Assembly (NCBI RefSeq): GCF_009914755.1
Contig: NC_060940.1
Length of the DNA stretch: 64,000 nucleotides
Strand: one strand, 5' to 3'
Source of the DNA: the human T2T-CHM13v2.0 reference genome, Homo sapiens
In this document: positions 55,180 to 64,000 of the stretch, piece after piece
Layout: each line of letters opens with the position of its first letter
Position numbering within the stretch: the stretch's first letter is position 1
Translations under genes and position numbers: made by a program
The notes under the pieces: model-generated
Told to the model about the DNA's origin: nothing
The model's database searches: none
Seen by the model: only the letters and a program-made list of their open reading frames with translations

Positions 55180-55872
55180 TGGGAGGAGTCTAGATACCAT
55201 GGCACCCCAGGAATGGTTAAAGGAGTTGAGGCTTTTTAGCCTGGAAATAAGAACACCTATACTGGGATCTTTAAATTCTTGAAGAGCTGCTATTTACACA
55301 TATTGCTAATTCCTTACAACAATGTAAGGTAGATAGAGTTATTATCCCCATTTTAGTGATTAGAACACTGAAAATCAGAAAGATTGAGCAGTTTGTACAA
55401 AGTCACAGTGCAAGAGGCAAAGCTGGTTCAAGCCCAGATTTGTTTGACTCTCAAACCCATGCTGAAAGCAGCATTTTTCTTCTTGACTGTTAAACGTAGA
55501 ATTAAGAGCAGTGAATAGAATGGGTGGAAAAGCCAGGCAGGACTTGTTTTCACATTATGGAGAACTTTTTTTTTTAAATAGAGCTATCTAGCAGTGTTCT
55601 TTAGAAACAGTGCCATCCCTGGGATGAGTAATTGCTATTTTTATTTCATTGCCCTTATTTACCCTTTCTTTTGCTAATAAGGGGCCCATTTTGCTTTTCA
55701 GACAACTTCAGGAATCCCCCTGGCTGGAAACACACTGATGACTGAAACAGATATTTTAGATCTAGCAGAGAATTTGTCTGGGATACTGTGGAGAGATTTC
55801 TTGAATAAGGGAGAAGCAGAGAGAGATGAATTCCAGGGTCTTATTCAACCCTTGGATTCAAGGAGTCTATGA
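55180..55872 (+). mobile_element. L3/CR1 LINE 3' end, split by MIR (~55295-55465, -)
   Basis: ggaatggttaaaggagttgaggctttttagcctggaaataagaa...ctttaaattcttgaagagctg; aatgggtggaa; terminal agatgaattccagggtcttattcaacccttggattcaaggagtctatga. Confidence 0.7.
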
Positions 55873-56214
55873 ATGCTAAAAAGGTGATAGTAGTAAGAGG
55901 CAGAGAGCATTCTACTTTGCTTTACTTCTGATGATCACCAAAACCTTATGTGCATACATGGCACGTGTGTGTGTGTGTGTGTTGGTGGGTAAATGTGGCT
56001 GGCTCAGGGCCTCCGTTTCTGAGATAGTCTGTCCTTGGCCACAGGCCCCTCCCTATCCCTGTTTGTACTATGTCAGGATCCTGCTCTTTTCTGCCCAATT
56101 TTTGGTCACAGCTTATTAGGCTGGGATAGACCTGACCCAGTGTACCTATCCATTGTCTTCACTGAGCCAATCAACTTCTCTTTATCTTGAATTTAAAGAA
56201 AAATAAACTGTATT

Positions 56215-56424
56215 CAGGGTTTCAACCTGGTGGCCCATAGGTATACAGATGTACTTGCCTGCTTGCTGACTTTTCTTTTTAAATTAAACTTGAATACATT
56301 TGTTGGGGCATGTATTCTCCAGTTTGGCATGGTCCCTGCCCACTCTTATTGTATCACTCAATGCCTGGTTCAGAGGTTTATATTATCTGTTTGGTCCCTG
56401 TGGGCATTTGAATTTTCATCCCTC
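56215..56424 (+). mobile_element. MER102-like MITE
   Basis: cagggtttcaacctggtggcccatagg...ggggcatgtattctccagtttggca...ggtccctgtgggcatttgaatt. Confidence 0.7.
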
Positions 56425-56434
56425 CTGGAGTTTA

Positions 56435-56660
56435 CAATAGCTAGTATTTTAAAGCATTTCCTTGCCAGGCCTACTTCTGAGTGTTTTTCATGAATCAACT
56501 CATTGGATACTCACATTAGCTTTATGAGGCAGAAACAATTATCATTCCAATTTTACAGAGGAGGAAACTGAGGCATACTGTGTCCAAGGTGACACAGATA
56601 GTAAGTGACAAAGTGGGAATCTGAACCCCATTCTCCTAACTCCAAGTTTATATTGTCTTG
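56435..56660 (-). mobile_element. MIR
   Basis: ttttacagaggaggaaactgaggca...ccaaggtgacacagatagtaagtgacaaagtgggaatctgaaccca. Confidence 0.85.
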
Positions 56661-58519
56661 ATTATGGTGGTGCAAGACTTAAAGTAAAAAGCAAGCCAAG
56701 CCATCTCATAGCTGACATTTTGGAAGACCAGAGAGGTCACGTGTCAGCAGAAAAAGGCAGATTGCATTTTCTCCAACCAGGGGATGGAGCAGATGTTCCA
56801 GAAGAGAGGAGTGATGAGCAGCACCATAAAAAACAGAGATACAGTCTTGGATGCTGGCTGTCCAGACCCAGACAACATGTGGCCTGAGTGTCCTTGGTTT
56901 CCTGTCCTTGGCCGATCACACCTTTTTGAAATCTCTGTTATCTGAGCTGGTTTGAATGAGCCTCTGTTTCTCACCTCTGTTTTCCTGCCCATGACTGCTC
57001 CATGAGGCACACCTCCTCCCAGGGACAGTCCACAGAGTCTGCTCTCCACTCAAGGCTGGGACAGCCCAACCAGGGGGTGGGGAGTGCGGCACCCCCAGAA
57101 CCCTGGACACTCCTCAGGAGAGGACTGCAGGATGTTTTAAGTATCCTTGACTTTGAAAAAGCTCTCAAAATATCCTGTTTGGGCATGACATTTTTGCTTG
57201 CCGAAAATGTATGCATGCTTATTGTGCTTTTAGAAAATCAAGGCTTGGCTTACTTCAGCCCACACCCTTAGTAGCAAAAGCATGGCCAGCTGAACCCCAC
57301 ACACCCCAGACAGAGCAAGCTCCCAGGTTGTTTTCTGGGGATCAGGCTCTCTCCAGACAGCCATGAAGTCCTTCTTAGGGTGCTGCAGGCTTGTTCCTGC
57401 TGCTCGCCAATCCCAGGCTGCTGGAGAGCATGGCCATCAACTTCTTTCCAGGACATTTTGTTCAAAAGAAAAAAATGCTCTGAGCCTCTCACAACACGAG
57501 CCTCTGACCTGTGACAGAAGATCCTCTGGGGCTGGAAGGAGGGTGGCTTCCATGACACAGAAAGGCAGAGGAAACCAATTTCTCACTCCTCAGCAGGAGG
57601 GCTCCAAGGTCATCCTCCTACCTCCAAGGTTAAAGGGACACAGGGAACCTGGGAGACTTGCCTAGGCTTGCAGTCATTACCATTCAGAAATGTCCATTAG
57701 CGTGCAGATCAATAAAGAAGACAGGAGGCCACCTTTTGCAAGGACAATTCTGTGGCCCGTTCAAGTGGACCAGAACAGGTTCAGCCTTCCCAAGCCAAAC
57801 CCAAGGGTGCTGACACTGGAGCGATTTCTCTTACCAGCCCTTACCTGAGATGAATTTCTCAAGGGAGGGTGCTTGTGTGGGGTGAGGAAGGCACACTGAT
57901 GTGGGGAATTCAGGGAGGCTCCTAAAGTAGCTGGCTCAGAATGGCAGCTTCTGACAGGAAGAAAACAGGCCCCATGCCAAGCTCTTACCCACATCGTCTC
58001 TCTAAATCTTCATTATAGTCCAAAGACATAGACTGTTGTTACCCCATCTGACAGAGGAGGAAACCGAAGCTCAGGAAGGCTGGTTTATTGCCCCAGGGAT
58101 TGAGCTGGGACTTGAGGTGGTGATTCCGACCTCAGAGAGATGGAGGCTGATCACGATGCCTCCTACCCGCAGTCTTTGCTCTGGAGGGGTTTTTACAACT
58201 CAATTTTCTACCCCCTACCTATCCCCTGCCCCGGTTTGCCAAATCCCTTTCTCTGTGGCTCTTCTCTTCTTTCTCCCCTCCTGGCTGTACCCCTAGCAGT
58301 CCTCACTGTTTCCTGTCACCTGCCTCTCACCTCTCTGCACACTTCCTGTGTTACGGAGTGCCCTGCCGAGAGACCGGGATATGATAGCTCAGACCCTCCA
58401 CTCTATTTCATCACATCCACCCTCTCCTATCTGAATCGTTGACCTTATTTCTCCCTCCTCTACTTCTCCCTCCCCATCTATTTGTAACCTCTGAATAGAG
58501 TTCTGGATTTTTTACTCAT

Positions 58520-58800
58520 CCATTCATTTCCTTATGCATTCATTTAGTTGAATAAAGTTTGAGTATTTTTATGGATCTGGGGCCCTGTTCTACGTCTTGG
58601 GGATACAACGGCCAGTAAACCACAGAAGATCCCTGCTTGCTTAAGTTCAAGTTTGGGAGACAGATCACAGACAAAAGTACAAATTAACAAAGAAGATAAA
58701 TAAGCAAGATTGTAACAAGTGTCTTAAAGGACATACTCAGTATGAGCAAATGAGGAGGAACCGGGGAGGGGCGACCTCAGATGGGATGACTGGGTATCAT
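58520..58800 (-). mobile_element. L2 3' fragment
   Basis: cattcatttagttgaataaagtttgagta...ggccctgttctacgtcttggggatacaacgg...gatccctgc. Confidence 0.6.
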
Positions 58801-60329
58801 CTTCCTGTGGGCTAAGTGGCCCCCATTGACCCACTGATGAGACTCATGCAGGGGGTTAGTAACCCTTCGTCATCCTTTAGTGTAGGTTCTCCAGGTGTCT
58901 GTCCCCTACTGACACTTCTTCCTTCCCCAGGTCAGTTGGGAGTTCTTAGGAGGGGAGGGAATTAGCAGCCAGACTTAATAAAACCTAGTGGAGGAGGAAA
59001 GTCTGTGAATTTAACTCCCGTTCGGGCCCTGGAAGGAGTGTCTATTCACTCTTCCCCTCCCATGGGGTTGTTCTTTCCAGCTGCTGGAGAGGTGGTTCAG
59101 TCACCCACCTGCAAGATTACTTGTCAGTGGAGCAGAAGGTCAGCCTCAAACTCTCTTTTGTCACCTGTCCAAGTTAACCTGAGGCTTCCCATTCCCTTGG
59201 TTTTCACCTTTGCATTTCTAGGCACCATTTTATAACTGTCTCCATTGACCTTCTGCTAGGATATGTTTGTAAGACATTTCATTTATCCTCTGGGGTTTCT
59301 GGGAACCTGAAGAGTTTGAGAGTGGCTCTGTCATGTGGGGAGGTTTTCTTTTCTCTGGGAACCATACCCACCTTCCACAGAATGTTCCTCACTCTGAAAG
59401 TCTAGGTAAATAGTTGCTGTAACTTCCTACCCCTGTTAGGATAATTGGACTAATGTTGCCCATTAGTGCTATCCTCAGGGGCCTGAACCCATGAAGTCAT
59501 CAACTAAAAACATCCATTCACCTGCAAAAGCCCAAACTGCTTTCAAACGAAGTCAATTTTTTTCTCTTTATAGATTTATGAACCGAGCCAAGGTAATTTT
59601 CTTTTTTATAACATCAGCAAAAGACCTTAATGCCCGCTGAGCTAGTTTGAACTTATAATGAACTTAAAAATTGTCTGCAGCTTTTGAACCAGCTCCTCAA
59701 AATAATCTCTGAAATAAGCCTAAACAACCATTGCTGCTGGGCCATTCAAGCTGGTTCACTGGTGCCGCTCTGGCCTGTTGCGGAGGGAGTAATCCTGTGA
59801 AATTTGAAAGGACTTCTTTGCAAGGCCTCCCAAGGTGTGGCAAGGTGCTGAATTGACACACACCAATCCTAAACTGGTTCTCACCAGGGAACATCAGAGG
59901 TCAGAGAGCTGTGGACACCCGTGTGTCATATCTTCCTCATGTTAGAGTTTGGTGGAGGGTGGGGGCAGATAGAGGACCAGAGGTGGTGGGACAATCCAAT
60001 TTCTGTACCTAAGATGTGTGCATTTGTCTCCCCCCATCCCAGGGAACTGCATCTTGCAGCACATCAGAATCATCTGGGAGCAGGAGAACCCTTCTGACCA
60101 TGAAAGCAATTTATTTCCCAGAACCAATCCAGAAGAGGCCACTTCTACTGATCCTGACCAAGTCAAGAGCTGGGCTTGTGGTGGGCTGAACTGTGTCTTT
60201 TCAGCCCAGAGCTGGTCAGAGTAAGCCTAGGCTGCCTAGACCTTGCCATCCCCAAACCCAAATTTCATTTCCCTAGCTATAAAGTGCAGGACCTATTCAA
60301 CTTATTTTAGCTGCTGTACAATTCTTTAA

Positions 60330-60480
60330 TTTCAAGGAAAGGACAGGAAAGCTATGTGAGTTCAGAGCCATTACCCCATTCACCTGGCATTTCCAGTGCC
60401 TACACAGTGCCTGGCACATAGCAGCACACTATAAAGATTTGCTGGTTATGAGTAAATGAATGAATGAATCAATGAACAAG
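60330..60480 (+). mobile_element. L2 3' terminus
   Basis: ccagtgcctacacagtgcctggcacatag...aaatgaatgaatgaat. Confidence 0.75.
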
Positions 60481-61221
60481 CAAACAATACATGCATAGGA
60501 ATAGAAATTCCCCAGACATGAAAAAACTTGGGCCAGCCTCTCTCCCATTCTTTGCAGGGTTCTGCTACAGGTATGTAATTGTTTATTGAGAGAGATGCAG
60601 GGCTAATACTGCTTAGAGTCCAATTCTGATTCCCCTATATTCTATTTGTTTGATTTTGATAAGTTCTTGGATATGCATGAGCTTCAGTTGCTGCATGTGT
60701 AAAATGGGATAATAATAGTTCCTATATCACAGCGCATGAAAAAACACTTGGCATACTGCCTGACACACGATAGACGCTTGAATGTTATCTATGCTCAGTA
60801 TTCATAGAAAGGGTTTGTTTTCCTGTATGTGTATCTGTATCATCCATATCTATTTTTAGTTATTGACCAGTCATAAAGCTCAGGGTTAAGCAATTGCTGT
60901 GTTTATCAAACAAATATCTACAGACCATCTCTGGCTCCCTTTAGAACTCTATTTGCCCAACTTATTTTCAGCTCTGAAAGAGTTACAGTCCACGTTTTAA
61001 GTGTTACATTAACACTTTCTTTTTGGTTACCAGAGTTACAGCTTATCAACAGCTCTCTTAAATTTTCCATGCCTGTTTTCTATCACTTGTCTCCCGGAAC
61101 CATCCACTTGGCAAAGCTCTCGGCTCCCTCTCTCTCTGTATTTCTCCCCTCTCCATCATCTGATGTTGTGTCTGTCTCCTCTGTTGTTTTCTGTTCTTCC
61201 CAGGTTCTCCTACCTCTTTGG

Positions 61222-61399
61222 CAGAAATAGCAAATGGTTTTCATCTCATGCATCAGCTCAGATAGCCTGGAGAGCTACATTGAGACTTCTCAGGCCACAT
61301 CTAGGGTCGGTGAGAAAGAGCATCATGATTGATTAGCAATGTCTGCCACTGTCACGAGAGGGAAGGTAGGGTTGTGTGTAGTAGCCATTTGCCATCCTT
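61222..61399. mobile_element. Short hAT-Charlie MITE (Charlie4z/MER117-like)
   Basis: Termini cagaaatagcaaat / atttgccatcctt; internal gattgattagcaatgtctgcca. Confidence 0.6.
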
Positions 61400-62389
61400 A
61401 TTTGGGCAAAAGAAACACTGTGACTCGTCATTTTACAGCTTTACTACAAATCTTAGCAGAAGATCAAACACTGGCTGAAATACAAAGTTAAATCATCTGA
61501 TACAGTGTACCACAATTTGGACAGGTGCTAAAAAATGATTTCTTCTAATCTCTCTCTCATAGCCAGAGGGAACATCTATATCCCTCTGTCTTTGGGAAGC
61601 TGGGCATCCTCGGTGAAGAATGTTCTTCCTTCTTTCTAGAAAGCACAAGCTACAACAGAAAGATTGTTCCAGCCCTAATAGTAAACCTGCTAAGAAAATT
61701 CAGGGATCAGTTTGGGTAGGAAAGAAGCCAGGCTAAGTGAAGGTGAGTGTGGCCTGTGTGGTAAGGCTGACATCCACTGACCTAAGGCCAGTCCTGACAC
61801 CTGCTTGCTCGCCTCCTAAGAACCCTGAATAAGGCCACCTGATCTTAGCCCCTTTTGTCTCCTTGTTTCAAGAGGAGGTACCTGGGTCAGGGTTAACTTG
61901 TGAACAGAGGGCTTAGAAGTGTCCATGGCAGGGTGTTAATGCTTGTATTACATTTGCTCGGCATCTTGCCTGTGCTAAGCCAGGGGCTCATGTCAGATTC
62001 AGGAACTGCCTCCTTCTTCTGCTCCCATGCTTAGAAGAGACACAGATTAAGCCCTTGCCATGTTTCTATATCCTGCCCCGGCCCATGCTCCCATGCCCAA
62101 ACCTCAAGGTTCTCTTGCTCAGAAAACTCTCCTCTGTGCAGAGCCACAGAGCCAGCAAGTCCACCTCTGTGCTCGGCCAGACAGCCCTTGTTCCAAGCCA
62201 CCACCCTGAGCCCTGCCTGTCAATAGTTACAACCTTGTTGATGATGGCAGCTGCCGCGAGTGTCCTTTATAGTCTGTTAGACCTTGGGCAAGCTTCTCAA
62301 CCTCTCTGTGCTCAGTTTCCTCATCTAGAAGGTAGAGATTATACTAACAGTACATACTTTGTAAGCTTGTTTTAAAGACTAGAGGAGTT

Positions 62390-62700
62390 GGCCAGGTGCG
62401 GTGGCTCACGCCTGTAATCTCAGCACTTTGGGAGACTAAGGCAGGTGGAACACGAGGCCAGGAGTTCGAGACCAGCCTGGCCAATATGGTGAAACCCTGT
62501 CTCTACTAAAAATAGAAAAAATTAGCCAGGCGTGGTGGTAGGCACCTGTAATCCCAGCTACTCAGGAGGCTAAGGCAGGAGAATCACTTGAACCCGGGAG
62601 GGGATGTTGCAGTGAGCCAAGATTGCACCATTGCACTCCAGCCTGGGCAACAGAGTGAGACTCCGTCTCAAAAACAAAGAAACCAAAAAAAAAAAAAAAA
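62390..62700 (+). mobile_element. AluSg-like inserted in MIR (~62270-62795, +)
   Basis: cacgaggccaggagttcgagaccagcc; TSD aaagactagaggagtt / aaagactagaagagtt. Confidence 0.95.
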
Positions 62701-63198
62701 AAAGACTAGAAGAGTTTGAAGAGTTAACATAGGTAAAACTCTCGAAACAGTGCTTAGGGCATGGTAAATGGTGAAAATGTTAACCATTGTTATTAAAAGT
62801 GTTTCCCAAATCTTGTCCTATTTGATCCCCACAATACTGTGAGGTCAGCTAGGGCCACGGGGTTAGAACCCTTATTCTAGAAGGAAACAGAAGTTCAGGA
62901 GAGCTAAGCTGGAAGGGCTAAGTTGGGCTGGAGCCAAGTTCTTTTGACTCCATGTCCAGGATTCTTGTGTGATGCCACCTGTGAGTTTTAGTATTTGACC
63001 TCAGACCACACTGGTGCCTGATATTGTTTTCCTTTATAATTGTTTACAAAAGAGGATTTTATAAACCGTCTGAAATCCTCAGTCTCGAAGTCAGCCTGGA
63101 ATAGGCATTTTTATATGTAAGTATGTCAAGTATACACCTTGGTATTACAATTAGTGATTTAGCATCCTTGGGAGAGAAGATATGTAAAGGCATTTCAT

Positions 63199-63569
<371 letters not shown>

Positions 63570-64000
63570 TAACTTCTTTTGCAATATCACCCGAATTTCC
63601 TCTCAGGGAATGCCCATACAGGGTAAGTGGTGGGGCTCTCAGTTTTACTCTTCTTGTTTTCAAGTGGCTAGGCCTCTGTCAGACCAGTCCCCCAGCCTCT
63701 CCCCTGCCCTCCATTCCTCCCCAGGGAGAGGGAGTGACTCATCTGTTTGGTGCTTTTGAGGGAAGAAACTGGGCATGATCTGCTCAGCTTCTTCTGCCTC
63801 CTTCTCTCTTGGGGTATACACATTCCTTTGTCTTCTAAGCTATAATTTTACAAGGCCAGGGCCCTAAAGGGGAGACCTGCAGTTATCCAGTTCTGCCTGT
63901 GATGGGCTGTCTGTTCCTGAGATTTTAATACTTAGACGCTCTTTGCAGCCAAACAATGAAACTACATTCTCCAAACCTGTGATATTTTGCACCCCATATG

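Overview
Primate (most likely human) non-coding DNA, intergenic or deep intronic. I find no credible protein-coding gene, CpG island, tRNA or CRISPR array, and I cannot name the locus from sequence alone. Roughly half the window is interspersed repeat: 18 dimeric Alus plus FLAM/FRAM monomers, L1PA/L1M fragments, L2, MIR, an ancient L3/CR1 relic, MaLR/ERVL LTRs (MLT1, MSTB, THE1, LTR16/33-like) and DNA transposon relics (MER3, MER5, MER6, MER102, MER112, MER113). The recognisable ORFs in the track are Alu-, L1- or simple-repeat-derived; the rest look like chance ORFs. Most unusual structures: (1) a MER6 transposon whose internal ~30-bp CA seed has expanded into a ~2.7-kb strand-asymmetric array that contains a 399/400-identical tandem duplication; (2) a 42-nt tailless 5S rRNA retrocopy with target-site duplications; (3) a ~580-bp TA-rich tract lying inside the TSDs of an AluJ, so derived from its tail; (4) several repeat-free blocks dense in homeodomain/T-box/RFX/TEAD motifs that look like developmental enhancers; (5) plus-strand splice signals (candidate lncRNA exons, microexons, an AG|GT recursive site). 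Repeat subfamily names come from recalled consensus sequences, and boundaries of old elements are approximate. I do not see firm evidence for a wholly new biological system.
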